From UHGV virus genome UHGV-1374678: a DNA stretch of 64,000 nucleotides. The stretch is one strand, 5' to 3'. Every line of letters begins with the position of its first letter. The stretch's first letter is position 1. Below are positions 10,001 to 21,600 of this stretch, piece by piece. The notes below the pieces were generated by a model. It made no database searches. It was given only the letters and a program-made list of their open reading frames with translations, and was not told where the DNA came from. Position numbers and translations under genes: made by a program. This DNA comes from a virus.

Positions 10001-11549
10001 ATCCATCGACAAAATCTGGATCTAATTGGTTCTTTGCATCGAGATACTTTTCATACATCGCTTCGTGAGTATCTTTTGTATGTGACGACTCATCAGAATA
10101 TGGTTCACTATATCCATTTTTCTCACAGATGTCTATAATGTTTTGATACTCATCAAGCTTTACTTGTAGTTCGTCCAACCCATATAATTTCCAGTTTGTT
10201 TTCCACGTATCAACATAATCCGCTTTGTCATCGTCCGTCGGCAATTCTCGGTTCGCAAATTCGATTTCAATCGACGGAAGGATTACATCCTTTATCTGAT
10301 AATAATCATTTGCATCTACCGACGCTTTTAATGCATCTTCATCAAAATTTCCATCTTTATCAACATAAAAAGATTCATATCCTTTTAACTGTGCCTTGTA
10401 GTTTTCTTGAGCTTCTCGCAATTCGTCATCTGTAAAAGTACTCCAATCTGTAGAACAGTCATCAAGCGGAACTCTGTCATACAATTCGGATATTACACTC
10501 ATCTGTTTGTTATATAGACGAGTATTTTCTATGTAAGATGGTCTTCGTGCTTCAACGTCATCTTTCCATAAATTATATTTCCAAATAGTTAATGGGCTTA
10601 AATATTTTTCATTAAGATAATAAGAAATGTCTTCAATATAATTATGTCCAAAATTAACATAGGTAATCCCAAGATCGTCTTGCCCTTGGACATAATATCT
10701 TGTAAATATATTGGAATCATCTACACTTATCTCGTGAGACTGTTGCAGATTGCGGAAACCAATATTTATATTCGTATCTTTCCCTAGATTTTCAGGATGA
10801 TATACATTAATAACAAATCTTTTAAAATCAAATACGAACACAACTTCGAAAAATTTTGCCATGTCTTGTGTGAAAAATGAATACAAATCTTGGCTTTCAA
10901 TGTCAAACGATCCAACCTCGTCGGATAGAAGAGTGGTCTTTTCTTTTAACTCACCGTCTTCATAATATTTATAAGTCTTAGGGACTTTATCAATGTGTCC
11001 GACCGTCCATCCGTATAATCCAGACGCTTTCATCGCTAAGTCTAAAAGACTAAGTTGTGGATTGTCTGCGTTATAGAATTTAATTTGTTCTTTCGCAAAT
11101 TCTACATCGTCAATAATTTCTACGTTCCCATCTGCGAGCATTTCCAATGAATCGGTTGTTCCCTGGTTAATTTTAAATGATTTTAGGTCATGTTGCTGAA
11201 ATTCTATTTCTGCGGACTCGGCAGAGATTGTTTTATACTCTTTATATGCTTCTCCATGTACTACAGGAGGACTCATAATAAACCATCCAATATTTTCAAC
11301 ATACACTCTCATTTTCTGATCGAGCAAAAGGTAGACATAAGATTCAACTTCTTTGGTTCGTCCATTATCTTCATATAAGATGAATTTATTTACATCAAAG
11401 GTTAAAGACCATGTGTTGTTAATGTTCGGAGTAAGAACACAAGAATCTTCTACCATTCCGTTAATGGCACACAACACTTTATTATTTGGAGTTCCAAGAT
11501 ATAATTTTGCCGGCTTCGGCTGACGATGGTTGTCAAAATAAATATTCAA
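7080..11549 (-). CDS. Tail-associated lysin / prophage tail endopeptidase-like protein (Tal, 1489 aa)
   Basis: Size and position immediately after the Dit-like gene. N-terminus MNIYFDNHRQPKPAKLYLGTPNNKVL typical of siphophage tail endopeptidase N-domains. C-terminal coiled-coil repeats. Confidence 0.6.
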   Translation of the reverse strand: MNIYFDNHRQPKPAKLYLGTPNNKVLCAINGMVEDSCVLTPNINNTWSLTFDVNKFILYEDNGRTKEVESYVYLLLDQKMRVYVENIGWFIMSPPVVHGEAYKEYKTISAESAEIEFQQHDLKSFKINQGTTDSLEMLADGNVEIIDDVEFAKEQIKFYNADNPQLSLLDLAMKASGLYGWTVGHIDKVPKTYKYYEDGELKEKTTLLSDEVGSFDIESQDLYSFFTQDMAKFFEVVFVFDFKRFVINVYHPENLGKDTNINIGFRNLQQSHEISVDDSNIFTRYYVQGQDDLGITYVNFGHNYIEDISYYLNEKYLSPLTIWKYNLWKDDVEARRPSYIENTRLYNKQMSVISELYDRVPLDDCSTDWSTFTDDELREAQENYKAQLKGYESFYVDKDGNFDEDALKASVDANDYYQIKDVILPSIEIEFANRELPTDDDKADYVDTWKTNWKLYGLDELQVKLDEYQNIIDICEKNGYSEPYSDESSHTKDTHEAMYEKYLDAKNQLDPDFVDGCKEAYNQRQVEIDSAKAIQKEYDDARKAIAESVEKETWEHVLDGSEKYLTDEEGNYIVDEEGNRFLLSQEILPFTEDELLELSKLYIDGDYTNENMFLVDSDDQVSAIDEQLKLLNAAQDDLYISAHPQYTYTTSLDNFLAKYDYKNYTDQLNVGDYIHLGLGKNKIVKLRVVSMEYYPMIMDNNLSISFSNMIQSRSSRSDTMSLLDSSTGGSKTSASGNSNNFLNNEGVTLTAGLIQKLISSGAFSNKVSQIVNNEFAGIIAGGSGSISISDLNAKMIQVTDIIGENGFFEYLQVKLITADKIISESADFKTLSALVAAIDNLLAGNISAEIAHVIKLTAENVQIDEAVIRDLIAANITVSMLKASDISTDKFHIVSEDGGVEIIGNTMQFKDSNNVVRIQIGRDATNNFTFCLYDETGQGVLIDSTGVKESAISDGLIKNDMLADNSISKDKLNFSIVEPDENGNIDAGKVVINGKGIDVEFTSIRESIESVKKDISGIEPSFNIVMSNESQNIPCDNNGLTSLPLLIEIPFIGFVGMSQVSCSATVGVLPTGMTLGTIEDATDTTSGKVILNISQNANLGGDDILTGTIPITFTINGKEIVKNFNWTKSKMGDPGQAGASARIFELNASSLVVKKNKNGDFIPNTITFSSSYREGNSTKKQSYLGRFIVKESPDGSTYSTKYMSIEDEDSIVYNISTDDVESIQCILCSSGGVSNQLDEQTVVVLSDSNSLSEEIKEIKTSMSGMSSKVDAVEKSIDSKIWQSDINTKIQEYDNSEIKIVRDQLAETKSIIGNISSTVSDVQSTLEKKADGSTVQKLSEKVSQNEQTAEGFRQTVESNYVTNDSMKSALSSAISESAKEIKLEVSETYETKDNVNTIKSDLTLRADKIAQSVEDANGNISKLQQTSEQIQQSVESANGEISNLKQDAASFKTEVSQKYLSKDALAALSVGGRNLLRNSNTLDFKEYEIM

Positions 11550-11551
11550 AT

Positions 11552-12649
11552 TTATTCACCAACCTTTCGTGATTCTATGTGCTTAAATGTAAAATCTGCA
11601 TTGCCATACAGAAGGATAGAATTATTCCCATGCAAAAGTTGCAACCAGTACATGTAGTCAACGTCGTTTATACCAAGACGGTCATAAGTAATCATTCTGC
11701 CAAGCTCGTCATTAATGGTTAATTTTAAGCAATCCATATATACCGTAAGGTCTTTGTACACTTTCATATATACAAATCCATTTTCAACAATCGAATAAAC
11801 ATGGGTATCCGGCATATAGTATGCGGTGCATTTTGTTTCGACACCGTAAATATCTGTTAGATTAAATTGCACAGCCGTCCCGTCGCATAGACTTACAATG
11901 TCATACGCACCTGATCCGGTGTATTCTAATGTGTAATTATTTTTGGATGCGAATTCTTCCACGGTATCAAGAAGAGAATTAAAGTAAGAATTTGAAGTAG
12001 AAGAGAGTGTCAGTGTTCCTGTGGCTATGATATTTGCATCATTTAGGTTGCAAATATAAATTTCTCCATTTTCATGAGGGTTAATTACAATTGATGGATA
12101 ACAACTGGATTCAAGCTCATCACTGTCATTTGATATAAGGATATTCTTGTAATTTGAAACACTGATTTCATCGACAATTTCATTTGTGTATCCAAATGGA
12201 GTAGTACACCGGAATGTCATTCTTATTCCATATATTGATCCATATGCAACAAAAGTTTCAATATTAGAAAACCATCCGTAATACCGAACAGCATCATCTG
12301 TTTCATTATCATATTCAAAGTTTAACCATTCTGGAAAATGTGATGATGTAAGCCATCTTGTAAGCTCTCTAATATCAGATTTTGTAATTTCCAAATTTTC
12401 CTGTGAATCGTATTTGCAAGGATTCTTCATAATATCTAATTCTATTTCAAGGTTGTCTGACCATTTATCGTAAAATGTATTCGCCTCAACTTTGTATCTG
12501 TTGGAATCTCCAACTTCCATGTCTCTTGCCATTGAAAGAGATACGTCCCCATCTGCATCGAAATCAACTGAAATATAATCTGCTAATAAATTGCTAAATT
12601 TTTCGCTACAAAAAGTAAAATCTTTAAATTTTTTTGCCATTTCTTTCAC
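11552..12649 (-). CDS. Distal tail protein (Dit)-like, 365 aa
   Basis: Position between the tape-measure and Tal genes. Size typical of Dit. Confidence 0.45.
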   Translation of the reverse strand: MKEMAKKFKDFTFCSEKFSNLLADYISVDFDADGDVSLSMARDMEVGDSNRYKVEANTFYDKWSDNLEIELDIMKNPCKYDSQENLEITKSDIRELTRWLTSSHFPEWLNFEYDNETDDAVRYYGWFSNIETFVAYGSIYGIRMTFRCTTPFGYTNEIVDEISVSNYKNILISNDSDELESSCYPSIVINPHENGEIYICNLNDANIIATGTLTLSSTSNSYFNSLLDTVEEFASKNNYTLEYTGSGAYDIVSLCDGTAVQFNLTDIYGVETKCTAYYMPDTHVYSIVENGFVYMKVYKDLTVYMDCLKLTINDELGRMITYDRLGINDVDYMYWLQLLHGNNSILLYGNADFTFKHIESRKVGE

Positions 12650-12702
12650 CTCTTCTCATAAAAAACGAAGACACCATTATCTGATGCCTTCGCTAAAATA
12701 AA

Positions 12703-14215
12703 TTATCTGATTTTTTTAAGACCAAGCTTTCTTGCTTCTTGAGTCATTCTTTTATCAATATACTCATATGCATATTCCGCCATTTTTTGTGTTCCAGGGA
12801 ATGTGTCTTTGTCAACATTTCCTTCAACATTAATCAAGCTTCCATAAGTATTTTGAATTGTCATGTTTCCAGAAGAATCTGCTTTCGTATCATTAATCAA
12901 TTTTAAAGTATTGATCATACTATCAACTAACTTATTGGCAGTAACAGAGCTATCAATTTGTGTCTTGTATTTCTGTCCACCAAACATAATGTTTCCATCT
13001 TCATCCAGATGAGCAGAAAGAGCCATTAATTTCTCTGTTTCATTATTTGGAATTACTCCATCACCACGGTGTAATTTTGTAAGCTTTGCACCATCGCTTT
13101 TTCTGACAATAATTTCTCGTTTATTGTCCTCACCAGTCCATGCAAGCTGATCTGCACCAACTCCTAATGTACCGTTTTCATAACCGCTAATCTGTGACAA
13201 GCTAACCCATCCAAGGTTCCCATAACGTCCGTCAGCAGATTTAATATGGATTTTTAAATTTCCAGTATTACGTCCAGTTCCGCCATAATCCTTGCTAGAA
13301 TAACTGTCAATTACAACACCGTTTGGAACACCAGAGTATCTGGTTCCGGCTGGATTCATTCCCCATGAATCGTAGTAATATCTACCAGTAAAGGTTACAA
13401 CATCACCTACTCGTGGGATGCCATCTCCACCAGTGCTAACAGACGGTTTCTTAGCCGGTTTAGGTGGCTCGGGTTTCTTTGTAACGGTAACGGCAATCGT
13501 TTTAGAGATGCCACTGCCATCGGTTGTCGAAACCGTTACAGTACATGATCCAGGCTTAATTGCTTTGATAGTACCGTTTGATGCGGTAGCAACAGCAGTA
13601 TTGCTTGATTTCCAAGAAAGAGTCTTGTTTTTTGCATCATTTGGTCTTATCGTTGCCTTAATTGCTGTAGATTTCCCTTCCTCAAGGGTCACAGAAGTTT
13701 TGTCTATCTTCAGTTCGGCTACCGGACGATTCTCCGTATTCTCTGGAGACATAATATCTTCTGTGATTTTGCCATTTTCAATTGCATTATCTTTAATTGG
13801 ATCTGTAATTGTGCCACTGGCAGAAGAAGAAGGGTTTTTATTTGCATCGGATTGAGATTGAGAAGCGTTGTCTTTTTGAGACTGTGCTCCTTCTTGGGAC
13901 GACATTTGATTTTGATTATTGTTAAAATCGGTGCTTCCGACCCATCCAAAATTGGATATAATAGAATTAATCTTATTATAAGCATCTTGATATTTTCCTA
14001 CAGCCTTATTAAGCATTGAATCGATTATTTCAAGCTGCTTATCTGCATTATGACTAATTTCATATTCCGTATCCTCTAACATCTGTTGGAGGTCATCAGA
14101 AAGCTTGTCGTAGCCTTCGCTCTGCATATCATTTGCATGATCACGTTTTGTGTCGGACAACTCATCTTCAGCAGATTTGAGCTGTTCCTTCAGCTTTTTC
14201 ACTTGTGCTTGAGCA
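12703..14215 (-). CDS. Tape measure protein, 3' exon (C-terminal about 504 aa: coiled coil, Big_2 Ig-like domain, SH3-like segment)
   Basis: ORF has no RBS and only a GTG start, with an in-frame stop 8 codons upstream. N-terminus continues the coiled-coil character of the upstream 2191-aa ORF. Big_2-like stretch TSVTLEEGKSTAIKATIRPND...GSCTVTVST. The junction was inferred from intron P1 and the omega-G position. Confidence 0.55.
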
Positions 14216-15691
14216 CTTAAATTATTTCACTTGTCTTTTCATCCATTCGCTACATGGATGAGAGCATATTAAATACTCCTCATACTTTCATATGAGAATG
14301 GGACTATATCTTCTATTTGAATAAAATTATTTTGAATTTTTGTTTGAAATGTTTGAGATATTTTGGACATTATAAAAGAGCAGTAGTGATTTACTGCTCT
14401 TGGATATTATATCTTTTCATTTTTAGGTTTATATGACGGACTTCGGTAAATTTCAGTTTTACTCTCAAGTTCCGTTTCAAAATGTGTGATTTTATTTAAT
14501 AACAACAATGTACTTTTTGAAGTTCCACGGGTATAATCTGTATAATACTTTTTAAAAAATGAACAACCTTTATGTTCATTTTCAAATTTAGGATAAATTC
14601 TTTCTTTAACAAGGAATAAATAGAATGTTTCTGCATCTACATATTCCAAAAGATAATCTGCAACTATTTCTGTATATTGCGTGTAAAATCGTGGATTGAT
14701 TTTATACATAACATCATTATTTTCTATAATATCTTCTAATAAATATAAATTTGCTATACGTTCTTCAACCTTGTATTGTTCATATTTTAAAGATTTTTTT
14801 AAATATTCAATTTTCAAATCTCCACTTAATATATCTTTAAATATACGTTCTCTATTTGTAGAAGAAAATTTTAAATCATCTAAATGTTGTATTCCTGCTA
14901 AATGAAAGAAGGAATCATATGGAAAGTGAAGCAATAAATTATATTCTTTTCCTTTTCTTCCAAGCTTAATTTCATATGCAACATGTCTTAATTTTGCATA
15001 TTTTACAGCCGCTTCATACAATATGTCTTGTTGCATTTTATCCCCCGTAAACACAAAAGGCTCTGTTTCAAACAGAGCCCTTTTATGTGATGTTTTCTTT
15101 CGGATCTAGCCTAGTCAGATTGTGGACGAACATCAAACCCCATAATGTCAGTATATACCACTTTTCTGACAAAGCGACATATACCATTTGACAACAGACA
15201 CTCAAGTTGCCTGTTTATAACATTGTAAGAAAGACACATATCTTTCTTAACTATATTATAGCCAATTTAAGAGAAAAATGCTACCCAAAAATACTACAAA
15301 AGTACGCATTTTTTATTATGCAAACATTCCAAAACATACGTTCTATTTTACGTGTTATATATATCTTTTCCATTATAATTTGTTTTATTCAAATAGTCTA
15401 TATTTTTCAAGTCGCCAATCGCTTGCGACCCTACATTAAGGCTTACGCCACCCATAAAGGGTTAGTCTCTGAATGTCTTCCGTATCTGTTGACTTAGGAA
15501 GTTCACTGCGTCTGGGAGACTTGCACTCCCGGTTATCCCTAACCTATTTGTTTTTTATGGTTTCTATCTTTCGACTGGTGAGTTTTAAACTCATACCGCA
15601 TTCACGCTTACCGTTTCCAGTTACGTTGTAGCAAAATAGGGTTATGGGGATGTCCCCGCAATTAAATAGATTTTACAGGTGCAATAATTTC
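14216..15691 (-). ncRNA. Group I self-splicing intron (about 1476 nt) interrupting the tape measure gene
   Basis: Read on the minus strand, the 5' exon end AGGUGU pairs with intron GCACCU, giving P1 with a terminal U.G. Hairpin GGGGACAUCCCC follows. Core segment CCUAAGUCAACAGAUAC...CAGAGACUAA (plus 15482-15498 and nearby) is nearly identical to the Tetrahymena/IA-type P7-J8/7-P7' consensus (CCUAAGUCAACAGAUC...CAGACUA). The 5' core is GC-rich in an AT-rich genome. A terminal G precedes the 3' exon. The exon-1 stop codon lies inside the intron. Confidence 0.7.
14407..15054 (-). CDS. Intron-encoded ORF (215 aa); putative homing endonuclease or maturase of an unrecognised family
   Basis: Same-strand ORF wholly inside the intron, with its own hairpin terminator (14372-14400). 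No LAGLIDADG, GIY-YIG or clear HNH motif visible. Confidence 0.5.
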   Translation of the reverse strand: MFTGDKMQQDILYEAAVKYAKLRHVAYEIKLGRKGKEYNLLLHFPYDSFFHLAGIQHLDDLKFSSTNRERIFKDILSGDLKIEYLKKSLKYEQYKVEERIANLYLLEDIIENNDVMYKINPRFYTQYTEIVADYLLEYVDAETFYLFLVKERIYPKFENEHKGCSFFKKYYTDYTRGTSKSTLLLLNKITHFETELESKTEIYRSPSYKPKNEKI

Positions 15692-18600
15692 ACACCTTCA
15701 AGTGCTGCAATCTGAGCTTTTAGGCTGTTAATATCTTTGCTCTGATTTTTGATCTTTTTGTCATAATCGTAATATTCAGCTTTTCTCTGCAAAGCTTCCT
15801 TTCTCTTTGAGATGATTTTATCAAGATATTCAACTTCCGTTGACATTGCATTCTTGTATAAATCAATTAAGGAATCTTGGTACGATTTAACATCTTGTGT
15901 GCTGTCCTGAATACCCTTTCGATATTCTTGTGACTTTTCATTATACTCGTCTAATGAAATAACACCGTTCTGATATAACTCCTGTAACTTTTGAAGTCCA
16001 GTTGTATAATCAGATATCTTTTGTTTCGCATTTCCAAGGCTTTGGGACAGGAGAGCAATTTGTGCCAATCCATCTTCTGTAATTCCGCCTTGTTTATCAA
16101 GAAAAGCATCTTCATTAAGGAGTGCTCTAAATCCTGATAATTCGTCTTCAAGATCAGAATAACTTTGAATAGCCTTTTCTATATTTGTCATACGGAGATC
16201 ATAAATCGAATCCTTAAGATCTTCATTGTCTTTCTGAAGTTTTAGAATCTCTGTATCCGCACTGCTAATTTTATCAGCCAGCTCCTGATATCTTTTTGAA
16301 TTAACATCATAAACAGATTGCTCCTTAAGATATTGGTTTCTTAAATCATACTGTTTTTTAATATTAGCATTGTTATTATCAATTTGCTCCTGATATACAG
16401 TTTCCGGGACTTCTTTATCTTGTGCCTCCAACAAATCAACATATGAACTAAGTTTATCTACTCTACGTGAGAATCCGTCAATAATATTCTGAAGAGTATC
16501 ATAACTAATCTGTCGTAACTGATCCTGCAACTCAATTAATTCAGACGATGCTTTTGTTATATTGGTTGTAAAGTCCTGAATGTTCTTCATGGTATCATAC
16601 CATTGCTCAGAACCTTTTTTCATAAGACCGGAATTCAACTGAGAGTTTACTTCTGCTTGGTAGTCAGACAACTTCTTTGTCAAAGAATCGTAAATTTCAG
16701 ATTGTGTCTGAATCGATTTCTGTATACTGTCTGTATTTTGATGGTTATCAATTGCCGTACCGAGATTTTCAAGAAGAGTGCGGTTTTCTTTAAGACCGTC
16801 TTTTATAGACTCTTTCAGATTCTCTATTGCATCATATTCATCTTCAATAATACTAAGCCTTTTCTCTGCTAATTCTGTTAATTTATCTTCTAAAGTAAGT
16901 ACATTGTCAAGAGCAGATAGATAATTTTCATAATATGTTTTATATTTAGAAATTTTATCATTCAAATCACTGTCTTTAATTGTCTCAATATTTAATGTAC
17001 CATTACGAACTTTAGATGCATATGTCTCGCTTAATCCAACCGCATTTGCGGCATTCAAATATGCTTGGGCTGCTTGTTGGTTAGTTTTGATTTCAGACTG
17101 TACCTTGGAAATAGCATCCGCAGCTTTCACTTGCTTATTCACAAGACCAATCGCCCTGTCAATTGCATCAACTGCTAAATCAGTTATTCTCTTAACTCTT
17201 GAAAGTAAAGTTTCAATCCAATCAATAACATTTTCTGATGCGTCTTTTGATGAACTATCCGATGAGGAATTATTATTAGAAGAGGAGTTGTTATTAGAAG
17301 ATGATTTCTTTTTCTTTGAAGAAGATGTTGCTTTGCTTCCAGAACCACCAGTTCCGAAAGTAACACCGCTAGTACCACCATACCCTGCATGTGCAGTACC
17401 ATGTGCCAAAGCCGTTCCTCGTGAATTAATAAATCCAGAAGAAAGCAGTTGCTTTGTTTGATTTGCATCAAACACAATAGAACCTTGTGGAATACGTGTA
17501 AATTCAGCACCATTGTCACCAACGGTTCGCCATTTACCATTCTTAGGATCAACAACAATTTCTTGTCCTAGTTCACCAACTAAAGAGCCTTCAGATTTTT
17601 TTGTTCTCCAACTAGATTTTAACCAACTTGTATCAGATATATTGCCATTTGCGTAAGCACTTCCGTACATTCTTGGATTGATTGTTCCAAATGTATGTGC
17701 AGTACCAGAAGCACTTGAAGCTCCTTTTTTTACTGCGGATGCAACTTTACTTGCTACATTGGTTTGAGGCATATTTACAGTTGAAGCATAGTATGTGACT
17801 TTTCCTGTTAATGTTGGTGCGGAATTAGGGAATAAAGCCTTTGTATAATTGGCAAGACCATTAATTGTAGGTGCTATCTTAGGATGGTCGCCCATTTCAT
17901 AACTAACTGTACCATCTTCATTTTTTACTTCATCAAGATAATAATTAACACCATCAACATTTGCGATATAAGCAATTTCTCCACTTTCTGTTTTGACAGC
18001 TTCAATCTGAGTTGGTACATTATCGACGTTTGCCGTAAAATATAATTCTTGTCCCGTTTTTAACTGATTGAGCTGTGCTTGAACTTGATCTGTTGTAGCA
18101 TCAACTTTCATATAAATTGTGTTATCATCTGGACGAGATAAAATACCATCAATTTTTGCATCCGCTTCTGTAGTATCAACGTCAACCTTGATCAGCCCCA
18201 TATCTGATAATACATCAACAAATTCATTTAAATACGACGGGTCAATATTCATAGATTGCATTAATGTACTTAATGAATCTTCCATTGCAGAAGTCTGGTT
18301 ATCTGTCAAATCAATTGACTTCAATTGTTGTTCAGAATAATCCTTAAGAGAACTAAGAGATGCTTTTTGTGCTTCGTCCCCAAGATAAAATTGATCCTGT
18401 ACAAGATGTAGGGCTTCAGCATATCTATTGGCTTGCTCTACAGAATCTTCTCCATAATAAGTTCTTATTTTAAGACCGTCAGTATCTTCTCCACCATTTA
18501 AAAGTTCTTGTGCATAACTTTTTAATTCTTCCGGGCTATACACATCTCCATTTGGTAAAATAGGAGTTACGACAATTGTTTTATCCCCTGCTTCATTTGA

Positions 18601-21600
18601 GAATCCACTTGTATACACAGTTGCAGTAGAATCTTCTGGAACGTCCCAACCGACATCGTTCATATACTTACCAGAAACTTCAGGTCTATTTGTTAAATCA
18701 ACATTTCCTCTTTCTGTAGTTACTTCAACCGTTGCTTTTTTACCTTCTGTTTTATTGATGGCATTATCAACAGTTGAGTCAAATTTAGATGTATCTGCAT
18801 CAACCGTCATAGTTCCAGAAGTATTGTCAACTTTCTCTTTAGTTTCTTGAGTCTTCTGATCTACCTCTGTTGTATCGGCTTTGTAATGATAGATTCCATC
18901 AAAACTTTTATAAAGTTCTACCTTTTTCCCGTCTTCAAATTCTGCATAGTAATGAATTTCACCATCGATTCTTTGTCCCGAAATTACAGATGACTTAGTT
19001 GTTGTTTTCCCGTTCTCGTCAGTAAATTGAACATCGCCATTAAAAGTAATAGTCTGTCCCTCTTTTAGATTGTCTATTTGTGCTTGGATCTGAGAGAAAT
19101 CTGCATCCGCTTTCATGACAATTAATAAATCATCTGAATATGCAACACCCATCAAATCATTTAATGCTTGTTGCTTTTCAATCTCAAGAGTTGCAATTAT
19201 CTCTGGATCCATATTCTCAATAGTGCTCAGAACACTTTCTTGACTAGACGGATCAATCCCAAGGTCAGTCAGCATCTGTGGGTCTGCATTTTTAATGGTT
19301 TCGTATAAAGTCTTAACTTTATTCTCCGCATCTGTAGTATCAATGTCTATCCCAACGCCTTTTAATGTTTTTTGTCTTTCAAGTTCGTATTTAGCCTGAG
19401 AAAATTCTTTAAGGCTATTTAAAAGATTTGCAGAATCGTTCTTGAGATTTGCAAAATTAACTCCACTATATTTACTTTCGGTAAGAGACTGTTTTTGAGC
19501 ATATAATGCATTAATAGAATTGATCATTGCCTGAGAAGAGCTGTCATTAAATGACTTTCCTTTACCGTTGAGCTTTTGGTTACTTAACAACGCTTTTTGA
19601 ACAAGGGCAATTTGATCGTCAAGATTTTGTTGATTTGTTGAATCAAAATTGATTGTTGCGTCATTAATTCCATGTGTTTTTGCATAGCCCATAGAATATT
19701 TATTAACCAAATTTTGTGTTGTTCTAATAGTTTTTTGTGCTTGCTCTTTAAGTTCATCGGCATTATTTAAGTCCACATCGATACCAATGACTTTATTCGA
19801 TATTTTATCAAGTTCTTCTTCTGCATTTACAATATTTAAATTAGCATCTAGCTCGATACCATTCTCATTTGCAATTTTCTGAATCTCTGTTTCGAGTGCT
19901 TTTGCAACTTCGTCTGTGTCTGTTCCATACGCTTTGGTAGATTTAATTCTATCTCTTTCAGTAAGCAGGGTAGTAATCTGTTCTTTTCCTTGTTTAATCT
20001 TTTCAGCATACTCATCTGCGGAGTGTTTTGCTAACTGTTCTGTAGCAGAGCGTGTTTCTGCTAAATCATTCTGTAATGCAGCGATTTCATTTTTCTTTTG
20101 TGTAATAGCTGTGTTGTCAGCACCAGTGGCTTGCAACTCAGCTAACTCAGCCTGTGCCTTTGCAATTTTCGAAGATAAGTCTGTAATTCTTTCAGCACCG
20201 TCAGCTACAGATCCAACAAAATTATTATGAGCACCATAATCTTCCAATCTGCCAAACATGTCCATGAACCAATCAAAGCTCATACCCATATCTTTAGCAG
20301 CGTCAGTTATGTCTCCAATGTTGTATGTCCATTGTTTACTTCCATCAGCGAGTGCTTGAGAAGCTGCGTATCCCTTTTTCTCTAAATCTGTTAAGAAATT
20401 CTGAACCCCTGTTGCATCTTCTGTCATATATCTTGCTGCTTTGTTATAATTTTCTGCAAAATTTACAGCATCATCAGCACCAGTAGGAGAGAAGTATGCA
20501 GCCCTGGTCTTAAAATCATCTGTGCCAATAAGACCTTTATCAAAGGCTTCTTTTGCTTCTGTCAGATATGTAACACCTTTTACATAATCGTCCCCAGCAT
20601 TTGCGGATTCGTCAGCAGCATCAATTGCAGAAAAGGCACTGTTGTCTTTTAAGTCAATGGCAGTAGCTCCGGCTGCAATCGTATCTTCTATTTTCTTCTT
20701 AAGCTTATCAAAATCATAGCCAACTTCGTCCGCATTGTCACTCATGACAATATCATATGCGGTATTTATCTCTTTGATATTGAGATCGTTTATAGCGTCT
20801 CCAAACTTTTCTTTTAAGACTTTTGTTTTGTCAGAAACTTCTTCTGTCAATTGATCTAACCCGAATATTGTCTTGAAAGAATTTTGTGCCTCCTTATCAT
20901 TCGGGAAGGCATCATCTAAAGCCTTGCTTATTGCGTATTTATAATTTTCAAGATGTAGATTGTCAGGATTGATATTTAATAAATCAGCAATTTTTTCTTG
21001 AGCTTCTGGTTTAAGATCATTCATTGGCTCTATAAACTCAGAATATATGAAACTTGTAATATCTCCATCATAATCATCCATGATAGTATCGATATCAAAG
21101 TCAAAGTCACCAAAATTAGTTGTGAATGCATTTTGTAATTTGGAATCCAAAGATGTAAATTCTGTTGAAGTTTGTAAATATTTCGATACAGAATCACTCA
21201 AAGATTTAAACTGTTCTTTTATTAAAGAATTCTTCTCTTGAACTTTTTTCTTATCTTCGTTAATTTGTTGAGTAAGCTTTTCTTCAGAATTAATTTTGCT
21301 CTCCTCTAACACTTTACTGAGTTCCTTCGCAGTATCTTTGTTCATTGGAGTGGAATAGGTTAATAACCCTGTTTTTTCAGAGTATGTTGACGCAGGAGTC
21401 AAACCGTGTTTCTTTAATACTTTAAGTAGGTCGTTACCTTTAACAAGTGTTGGATCAAAAGAAACCGATTGTTTCTTAAAAATATTTTTATCATTAGCTC
21501 TTTCTGAAATTGCTTTTATTGCATTTTCTTTTTTTTCTATTGAATTTTCAAGATCTGTTCTATCATTAGAATATACTTTAATTTGTTCTTTAATTCCATC

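Noticed and set aside
15207-15497. Plus-strand 96-aa ORF
   Set aside because: Lies antisense inside the GC-rich group I intron core. No RBS. Reading it as a gene would ignore the ribozyme structure.
15673-15691. Treating ...GVKLLHL* as the true C-terminus of the 2191-aa protein
   Set aside because: The last 6 codons and the stop lie past the U.G-defined 5' splice site. The downstream ORF lacks an independent start and continues the protein.
7951-21000. Numerous plus-strand ORFs (7951..8754, 9464..9781, 16603..16872, 17087..17461, 19916..20230 and others) antisense to the giant tail genes
   Set aside because: Shadow ORFs typical of long AT-rich coding regions. No RBS. They sit within continuous minus-strand genes.
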